A DNA stretch of 64,000 nt from an uncultured Verrucomicrobiae bacterium. GTDB taxonomy: Bacteria > Verrucomicrobiota > Verrucomicrobiia > Chthoniobacterales > UBA10450. Below, piece after piece: positions 41,464 through 51,059 of this stretch. Position 1 is the first letter of the stretch; the number at the start of each line of letters is the position of its first letter. The translations under genes were made by a program, and so were the position numbers. The DNA lies in contig CAWFGO010000005.1 of assembly GCA_963815455.1 (NCBI GenBank), forward strand, positions 192,001 to 256,000, in the 5' to 3' direction. The notes beneath the pieces were generated by a model. The model saw nothing but the letters and a program-made list of their open reading frames with translations. It did no database searches and was not told the DNA's origin.

Positions 41464-42609
41464 GTGAAAGCTCGTCTCATTGTTGCGGCCGGCCTTTTTG
41501 GATTGCTTGGGGTCGCACCGAGGATCGCCGTCGCCGGGTTCGACTCGAGCAGCACCGTTTTCATCATCCTCATGGAGAACCACAACTGGTCGAGCATCAA
41601 GGGCAGCGCGAACGCGCCCTACATCAATAATTCGCTGCTGCCGATCGCCTCCTACGCGGAGCAATATTACAATCCGCCGGCCACTCATCCGAGCTTGCCG
41701 AATTATCTGTGGCTCGAAGCTGGAACGGGCTTCGGAATCACGAATGACAATCCGCCTTCGTCGAACCAGCAGACCACGACCAATCACTTCGTCACGTCCC
41801 TGAGAAACAACGCAACCTCGTGGAAAACGTATCAGGAGAACATTACCGGGACGACTTGCCCGACGACGGACAGTTATCCCTACTACGTGAAGCACAATCC
41901 CTTTGCCTATTTCACCGACGTCACCAGCTCCGGTTGCATCACGGTAATGCGGCCCTTCACGGAGCTGGCGACCGACCTTATGAATCAGACGACGTCGCGA
42001 TACAACTTTATCACGCCAAATATCTGCAATGACATGCACGATTCGTGTGCGCCCACGAACAATTCTGTAAAACAGGGCGATAACTGGCTTGCCCAAAATG
42101 TGCCCACGATTCTGCAATCGGCCGCCTATCAAAACAACGGACTCCTGATCATCACATGGGATGAAGCGGCCTCGGGCGACGGTCCAATCGGGATGATTGT
42201 GCTCTCGCCGCTGGCCAGGGGCGGCGGTTACCACAATTCCGTCCACTACACGCACAGCTCCACTTTGCGCACATTCCAGAAGATATTCGGTGTGACTCCG
42301 TTCCTGGGCGGCGCCGCGACCGCGACCGACTTAAGCGATCTGTTCCTGCCAGACGCAATTCCAACCGCGGATTCGGCCCTCTTCGTCAAGAATATTACGC
42401 AAACACAAACTGGCGCTACCACGATAAGTTGGCCGAGCCAGAGCGGAACGACCTATCGTTGCCAATGGAAAAACGATTTGTTTGAACCCACCTGGCAATC
42501 GATCACGCCGGATTTTCCCGGCACGGGCGCCGTTCTCTCTTGGACGGACGACGGCTCGCAAACCGGCGGCCTCGCGCCGGAGCGGTATTACCGTGTCACC
42601 GTTCCGTGA
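41464..42609 (+). CDS. Secreted phosphoesterase (acid phosphatase/phospholipase C family) with a small C-terminal domain
   Basis: IILMENHN, HPSLPNY, KHNPF, NDMHD, ITWDE; C-terminus W..QSGTTY..W..ERYYRV. Confidence 0.85.
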   Translation: MKARLIVAAGLFGLLGVAPRIAVAGFDSSSTVFIILMENHNWSSIKGSANAPYINNSLLPIASYAEQYYNPPATHPSLPNYLWLEAGTGFGITNDNPPSSNQQTTTNHFVTSLRNNATSWKTYQENITGTTCPTTDSYPYYVKHNPFAYFTDVTSSGCITVMRPFTELATDLMNQTTSRYNFITPNICNDMHDSCAPTNNSVKQGDNWLAQNVPTILQSAAYQNNGLLIITWDEAASGDGPIGMIVLSPLARGGGYHNSVHYTHSSTLRTFQKIFGVTPFLGGAATATDLSDLFLPDAIPTADSALFVKNITQTQTGATTISWPSQSGTTYRCQWKNDLFEPTWQSITPDFPGTGAVLSWTDDGSQTGGLAPERYYRVTVP

Positions 42610-42628
42610 CACCGCTTCGTTTTGGCAG

Positions 42629-43300
42629 CTAGTCTTTCTTTTCGCCGTTGTCTCTGAAGACGAGGCGCAACGGCTGCGACGCATGAATTCGCGCTCGGTG
42701 AGTTGCTGCTGTAAAACATGCTCGGCTTCGCCCGGCAGATTGCTTTCGATTGCCTTTTGCCGCGCGAACTGCGGCAGGATCGACAATTCGTTCTTCACAT
42801 CGTCTGCCGGAAATCCGGTTCCAAAATCCATTTTCAAAAGCGAGCACGTCGACCTGCTCCTGCTCGACTGCCGAGGATCTGCGCATGAGGGATCTGAACG
42901 ACGATTTCATCCGGGCGAATATCGATGGCGAGATCCTGCCGCAAATCGAAGCCGGCCTTGACAATGAACGTTCCGTGCAGTTTTACCCGTTTCGAGCTTC
43001 CCGCCCAGGTGTGTACAAATTCGTGCTCGACCTCGATCTGTCGCGAAACCATGGCCAGCTCGCTGGTCGGCATTGTTTGCTCCAGATAAACGCGGTTGTC
43101 GATCGTGATGCGCGGCTGCAAATGGGCGATGTCGACAAAAGCCGCGCGCAGATCTTTGCCGATGCGTTCGAGTTCGCCGGTTCCCTGTTTCGCGGTGCGG
43201 GCCGGCCAGCGTTTCCAGCCGCAGAAAAATACAGAGAATAACCGCTGCGACGATCAAGCGCGACCAGCGCCAAGGCGACCGGCCAGGATATTCGTCCCGA
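42629..43300 (-). CDS. DUF4230-like membrane-anchored protein; multiply frameshifted, ends approximate
   Basis: Fragments ..ELAMVSRQIEVE..GTFIVKAGFDL..VQIPHAQIL.. and ..FENGFWNRIS.. Confidence 0.6.
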
Positions 43301-43427
43301 GACGAAGTGGAATGACGAAGCACAAAAGGACGAATGCCGAATTCAACGACGAATGCGCAAATGACGAAATACTGTCTCCGGGGCGTTATTGTCAGTCGGC
43401 CCCGTCATTGATCATTCGGAGTTCGTT
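43301..43427. repeat. Inverted element of gacgaat-like 7-mers
   Basis: aatgacgaag..gacgaatgccgaat..gacgaat..aatgacgaa ... gtcattgatcattcggagttcgtt. Confidence 0.6.
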
Positions 43428-43431
43428 CCCC

Positions 43432-43473
43432 AAAAAAGTACCGCCCCCCACGCCCGATGGGCGTGAAGGGCGG
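43432..43473 (-). terminator. Intrinsic terminator
   Basis: Minus strand CCGCCCTTCACGCCCA-TC-GGGCGTGGGGGGCGG followed by TACTTTTTT. Confidence 0.7.
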
Positions 43474-43504
43474 CTGTTCCCCCCAGAACAATCGTACAAA
43501 ACTG
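43432..43504 (-). ncRNA. Candidate ~70-nt small RNA
   Basis: TTGCGG-N17-TACTAG promoter-like motif at 43538-43510, a small hairpin, then the terminator; no ORF between. Confidence 0.4.
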
Positions 43505-43692
43505 CGCTGCTAGTAGTCGAGCTTATCGATAGCCGCAACAAAATTTTGCGGAAATTATAGGCCGAATCGGCTTGGCAGTCCATCTCTCGAAACGCCCTCG
43601 GTTTTGGTGCCCTCCACCGGAGGAGTGCGGCCCGCTGGCGCACGGGTGAAACTTCGCTTGCGCAAACCCATTAGGAGCGTTCTAGTTTTTGT

Positions 43693-44257
43693 ATGCGCAA
43701 TCTAGAGGGCAAAAAGCCGCGAAGCCTGGCTGGTTCGCTGCTCGTTGCCCATCCAAGCATGCTGGATCCCAAATTTTCGCCGGACGGTGCTTTTTATTTC
43801 GGCGCACGATCCGGAGGAAGGCGCGCTCGGCGTGATCATCAATCGGCCGCTCGATAAACAGGTCTCCGATCTCGTGAGCGAAGCGCCGCCGCAAGGTCTG
43901 GCCGACGTTCCGGTGTTTCTCGGCGGACCCGGTCGGGAACAACCAATTGATGTTTGCGGCGTTCGAATGGCAAAAGGCGAGGGACTCAAGCTCAATCACA
44001 GCGTCGGGGTGGATGAAGCGAGCGAGCGTGTCGGTGACGATCCGGCGTCCGATCCGTGCTTTCGTCGGTTACGCCGGATGGGAGGCCGGGCCAATTCGAA
44101 GCCGAGATGAAACAAAAAGCCTGGCTTTTGCAGAAGCCGAACCGTTCCGCGCTCAAGCCCGGAGCGACTGCCCAAACTTTGGTTCGATATCATGAACGGA
44201 CTCGGGCCATGGTATAAAATGCTGGCCGCGGCGCCGGACGATCCGTCGCTGAATTAG
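43693..44257 (+). CDS. YqgE/AlgH family protein; multiply frameshifted
   Basis: SLAGSLLVAHPSML, NFRRTV, GVIINRP, FLGGP, FVGYAGW, DPSLN. Confidence 0.88.
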
Positions 44258-44340
44258 TGCGGGTGATGATGAAGGTCGACGAGCGGTTGCAATTCGTTCT
44301 TAGTCTTGTCGCTGATCACTCGTCACTTATCACTCTTCGA

Positions 44341-45446
44341 ATGATCATCGGCGTCCCGAAGGAGATTAAAGAACAGGAACAACGCGTCGCGCTTGTTGCC
44401 TTCGGCCGCGGAACAATTGAAGCGCCGCGGCCATTCGGTGCTGGTGGAAAAGAATGCCGGCGTCGGTTCCGGTTATTCCGGACGAGGAATATAGCAAGGC
44501 GGGCGCGGAGATTGTCGATCTGCGCCGGAGGATGTTTTTGGCGGTGCCGACATGATCGTGAAAGTGAAGGAGCCGCTCAAGGCGGAGTTTCCGCTTTTGC
44601 GCAAAGGCCAGATTCTTTTCACCTATTTGCATCTGGCGGCGAGCAAACCGCTCACCGAAGCGTTGCTGAAATCCGGCGTGACCGGCGGTTGCTTACGAAA
44701 CGATTCAGGTCGGCCATCGCCTTCCGTTGCTCGAACCGATGAGCGAGATCGCCGGACGCATGTCGGTCGTGATGGGTGCGAGTTTTCTCGCCAAACATAA
44801 CGGCGGCAGCGGCGTCCTGCTCGGCGGCGTTCCGGGTGTTCTGCCGGGATCGCGTGGTCGTGATTGGCGGCGGAACCTCCGGGGTGAACGCGTTGCGCAT
44901 GGCCAAGGGTCTCGGCGCGGACGTGACCATTCTCGATATCGATGTCGAGCGGATGCGATTTCTCGATCTCGCGATGGATAACATGCGCACACTTGTATTC
45001 GAGCGAAGCGAACTTGAACGAATCTGATGCCCGATTGCGATTTGCTGATCGGCGCGGTGCTCTTGCCGGGAGCGAAAGCGCCGAAATTGATCACGCGCGC
45101 GATGTTGCGAAAAATGAAACGCGGCAGCGTTCTGGTGGACATCGCGATCGATCAGGGCGGGTGCGCCGAGACGTCGCGGCCGACCACGCATGTCGATCCT
45201 GTTTACGTCGAGGAAGGGGTCACGCATTATTGCGTGGCCAACATGCCGGCGGCCTACGCGCGCACGGCCACCCAGGCGTTGACCAATGTTACGTATCGAT
45301 ACGTCGAGTTGCTGGCCGATCTCGGCCTGGAGGGCGCGTGCCAGAAACAACCCGCCTTGATGGGAGGAATTAACACGCGCGATGGCAGGCTTACCTGCCA
45401 GGCGGTGGCCGAGGCCCACGGCTTGAAATACGAACCGCCACTTTAA
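44341..45446 (+). CDS. ald: Alanine dehydrogenase; multiply frameshifted
   Basis: [45 protein letters not shown]. Confidence 0.94.
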
Positions 45447-45555
45447 TTTGCGATCCCTCAACGATTTGCCATCGAAAAGAAAATTTCAAAAGGGCCAAAA
45501 AGCGTCCTTGCTACGATTCAATAAATACCACACTATGCCTTTGCAACCTATCACT

Positions 45556-45759
45556 ATGAACAAATACATCTGCATCCTAGCCAGTGCCGCGCTCCTCGCG
45601 GCTTGTGAACAAAAGACCGAAACAGCCGCCCCAGAGGCAAGCCCAGCCGCTTCGGCAGAGGCCACGATGGCGCCGGCGACCGAATCTCCCGCTTCCAGTA
45701 TGGAATCTCCCGCTTCCAGCATGGAGTCTCCGGCTGCGACAATGACGCCGTCTCCGTAA
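45556..45759 (+). CDS. Small Ser/Pro/Ala-rich lipoprotein
   Basis: LAAC lipobox; ESPASSM 21-bp tandem repeat. Confidence 0.85.
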   Translation: MNKYICILASAALLAACEQKTETAAPEASPAASAEATMAPATESPASSMESPASSMESPAATMTPSP

Positions 45760-45784
45760 CAGCCTTCTATTAACAATCATCTCG

Positions 45785-45822
45785 AAAGTCTTCCTTCGAG
45801 CGATCCTCGGGGGAAGACTTTT
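45785..45822 (+). terminator. Probable intrinsic terminator
   Basis: aaagtcttcc..cgag / ctcg..ggaagactttt. Confidence 0.65.
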
Positions 45823-45864
45823 GCTGTACGGATGACCGCTGGTCGCCTCTGAATCGCAATCGAC

Positions 45865-46230
45865 ATGGCCGCGGCAGGCACGCTCTCTTTTCCAAAAAGC
45901 GGACGCCTGATGCGCGCGCCGGATTTCGAGAATGTGAAACGAAACGGCTCAGCCCGGCGTGGGAAATTGCTAACTCTCAGCATCCTTCCGGTTGAAAATG
46001 TCGCGCCATTTCGCGTGGGCTTTGTCACTTCGCGGCGCGTCGGTGGTGCGGTCGTGCGCAACCGGGTTAGACGGCGTCTCCGCGAAATCGTGCGCCGGCA
46101 TCAGCACGACCTGCGAAAAGGCTTGTGGATGGTGGTCGTGGCCAGAGAAGACGCGGCGCGAGCGAGTTATCGCGCGCTGGAAGATGAATGGTTGCGCCTG
46201 GCAAGGCGCGCTTCTATCCTAACCGCCTGA
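45865..46230 (+). CDS. rnpA: RNase P protein component
   Basis: RVGFVTSRRVGGAVVRNRVRRRLRE. Confidence 0.95.
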   Translation: MAAAGTLSFPKSGRLMRAPDFENVKRNGSARRGKLLTLSILPVENVAPFRVGFVTSRRVGGAVVRNRVRRRLREIVRRHQHDLRKGLWMVVVAREDAARASYRALEDEWLRLARRASILTA

Positions 46231-46499
46231 TGCTCTTCTTGGTTCGATTTCTTGTCTGGCTTTATAAATGCACGCTCTCGCCGCTGCTTTCGCTGCTCGG
46301 CGGGCCAGGCTCTGGCTGCCGTTTTGAGCCGTCGTGCTCGGTCTATTTTCTGGAAGCGGTCGAAATGCACGGCTTTGTCCGTGGAAGCTGGCTGGGACTA
46401 AAACGATTGGGTCGCTGCCAGCCGTGGGGCGGTTGCGGGCCCGATCCGGTTCCGCCGCCCCTGAATGATGTCGATCTTGCGGATCGTCGTTGCGTGTGA
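46230..46499 (+). CDS. yidD: Membrane protein insertion efficiency factor
   Basis: CRFEPSCSVY, RCQPWGGCGPDPVP. Confidence 0.95.
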   Translation: MLFLVRFLVWLYKCTLSPLLSLLGGPGSGCRFEPSCSVYFLEAVEMHGFVRGSWLGLKRLGRCQPWGGCGPDPVPPPLNDVDLADRRCV

Positions 46500-46520
46500 T
46501 CAACCGCCATTACATTTTTT

Positions 46521-48248
46521 ATGGATCGAACCGCGTGGATTGCTGTTGGGTTGTGCGTCATCGGCCTCGTTGTGTGGGAAGTCTATGTCGTGAAACAGAT
46601 CCAGCCGAGACCGGCTGTGCCGGCGCAGATCTCTCCCGCCCCAACGGCGAATACTCCTGGGGCTCCTAGCGTTCCACCATCGCCTTCGGCAACGGCCATG
46701 CCGTCCGCCGTATCAAAAGAGGCGGAGGCCGCTCCAAGTTTTGAGGAGAAAATCGAGACGTTGCGCAATGACGACGTCGAGCTGCGACTGACCAATCGCG
46801 GCGGCGGAATTAAGGAAGCCGTTTTGCCTGGCCACGGGTCGGACAACGGGCAACCCGTCGTGCTGAACGCAGGGGAGAAGATGCCGATCGGAGCAATTGT
46901 CAATGCTCAGAACGCTTCCGAGCTCCCGGAATTTGCTGCCTCGCGAAATACGGATGGCTCTCTCCAATACGAGCGTGTCACTCCGGAGCAGGTGACGATC
47001 CGAAAGAAATTCTTTTTCCCGCCATCGACGGAGAAGAAAGACAACTACGTAATCGAAATGGATGTCGATGTTCAAAACGGAGGCGCGCAACCCTACGCGA
47101 GCAAAGACTATTTCATCGCGCTCGGATCGGCCGGGCCTTCTCATCCCAAGGATTACCCGTCATTCACTCGTCTGGTCTGGTGCATCGATGGCCGGGCCAA
47201 GGGGATCGACGTCGGGTGGTTCGGCGGCGGGAGCGGTTTTCTCGGCATGGGTGCGCATCCCGAGCGACCGAATTACGAGGAAAACATCGCCGGCGCGGAA
47301 TGGGCTGCCGTGAGCAGCCAGTTTTTTACGACCTTGATCGCACCGCTAACGGCGAAGGCGACGGGTGTCTGGGCTCGCCGGTTCGAAATCACGCGCTGGC
47401 CGAACCAGCATATTTTCGGGATCGAAGGGGCCGTGGGGTTACCGGCATTTCAACTGCAACCAGGCCAGAGCTACCACGCGCGCTTTGAGATTTACGCCGG
47501 CCCGAAGTTGTATCATCGGCTGGCGCAGCTTCGGCACAACGAGGCCGAGGTCATGGACTTCGGCATGTTCAAGATCGTTTGCCAGTTCCTGCTCAATTTC
47601 ATGAACTTGCTCCACAGCTGGTTGCATGACTACGGCCTGGCCATTCTCGCGCTTACCACCGTTATCAAGCTCACCCTTTGGCCGATCCAAAACAAAGCCA
47701 ACCGTTCCATGCGTAAGATGGCCGCGTTATCGCCGAAAATTCAGGAGCTGCGCGACAAATATAAGGACGATCCGACGAAGATGAATACGGAGGTGATGAA
47801 GCTGTACAAGGACTACGGCATCAATCCGGTGGGCGGTTGTTTGCCAATGATGATACAGATCCCGATTTTCTTCGGACTGTTCAAAATGCTCGGCCAGGCC
47901 GTGGAACTGCGGAACGCCAAGTTTTTGTGGGTGAAAGATCTTTCCCAGCCCGACACCGTGGCGCATTTGCCGATCCTCGGCTGGCCGGTCAACATCATCC
48001 CCCTCTGCATGGCGGCTACGCAAATTTGGCTTATGGCCATGACCCCGAAGACCGGCGACCCGACCCAGCGGCGGGTCATGATGTTCACTCCGCTGATCTT
48101 CTTATTTATCTGCTACAATTTTGCCGCGGCTCTGGCATTGTATTACACCGCTCAAAACCTTTTGAGCATCCTGCAATTTTATCAGAACAAAAAACAACCA
48201 ATGCCGACACTTGAAAAAGTGGCCGTTGCGGCGAAACAAAAGAGATGA
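46521..48248 (+). CDS. yidC: Membrane protein insertase
   Basis: YGLAIL, NPVGGCLPMMIQIPIF, WVKDLSQPD. Confidence 0.97.
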   Translation: MDRTAWIAVGLCVIGLVVWEVYVVKQIQPRPAVPAQISPAPTANTPGAPSVPPSPSATAMPSAVSKEAEAAPSFEEKIETLRNDDVELRLTNRGGGIKEAVLPGHGSDNGQPVVLNAGEKMPIGAIVNAQNASELPEFAASRNTDGSLQYERVTPEQVTIRKKFFFPPSTEKKDNYVIEMDVDVQNGGAQPYASKDYFIALGSAGPSHPKDYPSFTRLVWCIDGRAKGIDVGWFGGGSGFLGMGAHPERPNYEENIAGAEWAAVSSQFFTTLIAPLTAKATGVWARRFEITRWPNQHIFGIEGAVGLPAFQLQPGQSYHARFEIYAGPKLYHRLAQLRHNEAEVMDFGMFKIVCQFLLNFMNLLHSWLHDYGLAILALTTVIKLTLWPIQNKANRSMRKMAALSPKIQELRDKYKDDPTKMNTEVMKLYKDYGINPVGGCLPMMIQIPIFFGLFKMLGQAVELRNAKFLWVKDLSQPDTVAHLPILGWPVNIIPLCMAATQIWLMAMTPKTGDPTQRRVMMFTPLIFLFICYNFAAALALYYTAQNLLSILQFYQNKKQPMPTLEKVAVAAKQKR

Positions 48249-48719
48249 TGACGCCCAAGGAACTACTGGACACCATACTGGGCTATCTTGGCTTCGTCGT
48301 GGAGATCGAAGAGCAGGAAGACGAGGCCGGGAATCTGGTTCTGCAAATTTACACCGAGGAAAGCCGTCGCCTGATCGGTCGCGACGGCGACACGCTTGTC
48401 GGCCATTCAGTTTCTCATCAATCGCCTTCTCCAGGCGAAAGACAAGGACGCGCCGAAAGTGGTCGTCGATTGCGAGCATTATCGTTCGATGCGCGAAGAT
48501 CGCATTATCCAACACGTGCGCGAGCTGGCCGAGCGCGTTCGTGCTAGCGGCCGCTCCCTCCAGCTCGAGCCGATGAATTCCTACGAACGGCGGATCGTGC
48601 ACAACGCCTTTAAGGACGATCCTGACGTGGCGACGTGGAGCCCGTCCGATTCCGCGCGAATCAAGCAAATCACGTTGGTCAAGCGCCAGCCGAAAACAGA
48701 GCCGGCGCAAAAAGAGTAG
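48245..48719 (+). CDS. Jag/KhpB-like KH-R3H RNA-binding protein; frameshift near 48397
   Basis: LIGRDGDTL, AIQFLIN, LEPMNSYERRIVH; follows yidC. Confidence 0.9.
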
Positions 48720-48771
48720 GTGGCATCGGCATCTTGTCGATGGGGCACGGGCTGGAAGCCCGTGCCGCTAC
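48716..48771. repeat. GTAG..CTAC REP whose two ends coincide with the stops of two convergent genes
   Basis: gtaggtggcatcggcatcttgtcgatg-gggcacgggctggaagcccgtgccgctac. Confidence 0.75.
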
Positions 48772-49940
48772 TCCGGAATAAAGCGCGCTGCTTCCTTCTG
48801 TAGGCCGGCGCGCACTTCCGGTCGCCACCGAAATTTGTGCAAGAGTGGATTCGGTTTCTGCTCGACAGCATCGGCGATGATTTCGCCCAGCACCGGCGCG
48901 AACTTGAAACCGTGGCCGCTGTCGCCCGCAGCCACGATTAATCCCGGGCGTTCCGGATCGGGCGCGATCCAAAAATCTCCATCGTTCGTGTCGCAATAGA
49001 AGCAGACCCGCGTGTGAACGATCGGTGCCTCCGCCAGAGATGGCAGCGTCTCTTGCAAGAATGTTCTCAGATTTTGTTCGTCGTCCGGCGTCACCACACG
49101 GTCCGGAGAATCAGGCGACATTTCCCTTCCAGGCCCATGATTCGCCACCTTCACCACGCCGTCGCGATTCAACGGAAAGCCGTAATATCCGGTGGACGAA
49201 ATATCGTCCGCAAAAACAGGGAAGCGTTCCGGCGCGAAAAGCTGCGGATCATTCGGTTTGAGATGAAACACCGAATGACCGGTCGCGCGGAAAAAGTTTT
49301 TCGTAAACGGCAACAGATACGATGTCCACGCACCCACGGCCATGATCACGATGTCGGCCGCGAGTCGTTGTCGATCCTGTAAGACGACGCCTTGCACGCG
49401 TCCATTCCTCTCATCGAGCTCCGCGAACCGGAAGCCTTGGCGCAGTTCAACCCCGAGCGAATTAGCGTGCTCGACCAGTGCCGCCACCACTCGCCCGCTT
49501 TCTACGTAGCCCCCTTCCAGATCGACAAAACCATCCTGATAAAGCTCGCTTTCCCACGCGGGAAAGCGTTCGCGCAGCCGCGCCAGATTAATGCGTTCGA
49601 CTTTGTGTCCACGCCGCTCCAGTAGCTTGAAGCTGTCATATTCAAATTCGCCGGGTTGCATTTTCCCGCGGCGCAGAAACAGAAAACCGACTTCGTGAAA
49701 TAAGCTGCCCGGCAACTCGTCGTTCCATTTCCGCCAGAGCCGGATCGAACGCTCAGCCAATTCCGCGTAATCTTCGTCGTTCCCATAAGCAGCGCGGACT
49801 GCTTTACTGATATCGGTGGAAGCGGCGAGGGGGTGGGGCAATGGGCCCGGATCAAGCAGAACGACCTTATGGCCGCGCTTCCTCAGCTCGATCGCAGCTG
49901 TAACGCCATTAATTCCCGCTCCGACGACGAGCGTGCTCAT
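48768..49940 (-). CDS. FAD-dependent oxidoreductase (sarcosine oxidase/fructosyl-amine oxidase family)
   Basis: VVGAGING, STDISK, RVCFYCDT, SGHGFKF. Confidence 0.9.
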   Translation of the reverse strand: MSTLVVGAGINGVTAAIELRKRGHKVVLLDPGPLPHPLAASTDISKAVRAAYGNDEDYAELAERSIRLWRKWNDELPGSLFHEVGFLFLRRGKMQPGEFEYDSFKLLERRGHKVERINLARLRERFPAWESELYQDGFVDLEGGYVESGRVVAALVEHANSLGVELRQGFRFAELDERNGRVQGVVLQDRQRLAADIVIMAVGAWTSYLLPFTKNFFRATGHSVFHLKPNDPQLFAPERFPVFADDISSTGYYGFPLNRDGVVKVANHGPGREMSPDSPDRVVTPDDEQNLRTFLQETLPSLAEAPIVHTRVCFYCDTNDGDFWIAPDPERPGLIVAAGDSGHGFKFAPVLGEIIADAVEQKPNPLLHKFRWRPEVRAGLQKEAARFIPE

Positions 49941-49956
49941 GGATAGTTCCAAAGCC

Positions 49957-50020
49957 GGTAGGGCGAGACCCGGTCGAGCCGACAAAAGAATTCGACGGCT
50001 CCGCGGAGCGTCGCCCTACC
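49957..50020. repeat. GTAG-type REP doublet
   Basis: ggtagggcgag ... tcgccctacc. Confidence 0.75.
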
Positions 50021-50060
50021 GGGAGAAAAGATTTGGCGATGGAGATCCATCAGCGCAATA

Positions 50061-51056
50061 TCATTCGTCGAATTCGAAAATGATTTTGCCGCTTCGTTTT
50101 CCTTGCGCGGCATGGGCCAGTGCGGTTTTCGCTTCGATCAGCGGATAAGCTTTTTCGATTTTGGTTTTCAGCAGGCCGCGCTTTGCCATGTCAAAGAGCG
50201 GCCGAAGCGCTTCCAGGCGCTGCTCCAGCGTAGCGTTGTCATACCACTTGTTAATCCAAATTCCCCGAAAACGCAGATCTTTGAAAATGAGCAAGCCAGT
50301 TGGAATTTTTAGCGGTTGGAGGCTCATGGCGCCGAACGAGACCATTGTCGATCCTGGCGCGAGACAATTTGCCAAACGAAGAGCGCTGTCGCCGCCTACT
50401 GCATTCAATGCCAGGCGGATCGGTGCCCCGCCGGTCGCCGTCTTCACTTCGTCGCGAAGATGTTCGCCATCGACCAGGACCACATTGCCGCCTTCAGCAC
50501 GCAATTCATCGATCAATTCGGCGCGGCGCACGACGTTCACCGTTTTATAACCGAGGGCATGAGCGATTTGGATCACGGCTCGGCCTGCGGCGGAGTTCGC
50601 CGCATTTTGGATCAACCAGTCGCCGCGTTTTAGATCGACATAATCGTGCAACAATCGCCAGGCAGTCATCGGGTTGATCTTTAACATCGCTGCCTGGACC
50701 GGCTCGATCCCATCCGGAACCACGATCAATTCATCGGCCTTCACCGCGACCGCGTCTCGCCACGTGCCGAGATTATGCGGCAAAATCACCAGCGCGCCCA
50801 GCGGCAGGTGTTTCACGCCCGACCCAAGATCGACAACGGTTCCTGCGCCTTCGAATCCGGGAATCGCGGGGACTTCTTTGCGTCCGGGATATTTTCCTTC
50901 GATCGCGTTCAGATCGGCCGGATTGATCGGCGCCGCTCGCATTTGCACCACCGCTTCGTTCGGCCCGGCCTCTGGCCAGGCCTGCTGTTCGACGCGCAAA
51001 ACATCCGCCGGATTTCCGTGCGTTGCATAAACGACTGCGTTAATACTCTTTTTCAA
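50061..51056 (-). CDS. MDR-family 2-enoyl thioester reductase (MECR/Etr1-like)
   Basis: PINPADLNAIEGKY, NPMTAWRLL, QNAANSAAG, LIFKDLRFRGIW. Confidence 0.85.
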   Translation of the reverse strand: MKKSINAVVYATHGNPADVLRVEQQAWPEAGPNEAVVQMRAAPINPADLNAIEGKYPGRKEVPAIPGFEGAGTVVDLGSGVKHLPLGALVILPHNLGTWRDAVAVKADELIVVPDGIEPVQAAMLKINPMTAWRLLHDYVDLKRGDWLIQNAANSAAGRAVIQIAHALGYKTVNVVRRAELIDELRAEGGNVVLVDGEHLRDEVKTATGGAPIRLALNAVGGDSALRLANCLAPGSTMVSFGAMSLQPLKIPTGLLIFKDLRFRGIWINKWYDNATLEQRLEALRPLFDMAKRGLLKTKIEKAYPLIEAKTALAHAAQGKRSGKIIFEFDE

Positions 51057-51059
51057 TCA

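Noticed and set aside
43540..43680. tmRNA, 6S RNA or riboswitch in this intergenic region
   Set aside because: I could not identify tRNA-like ends, a long 6S duplex or a known aptamer consensus.
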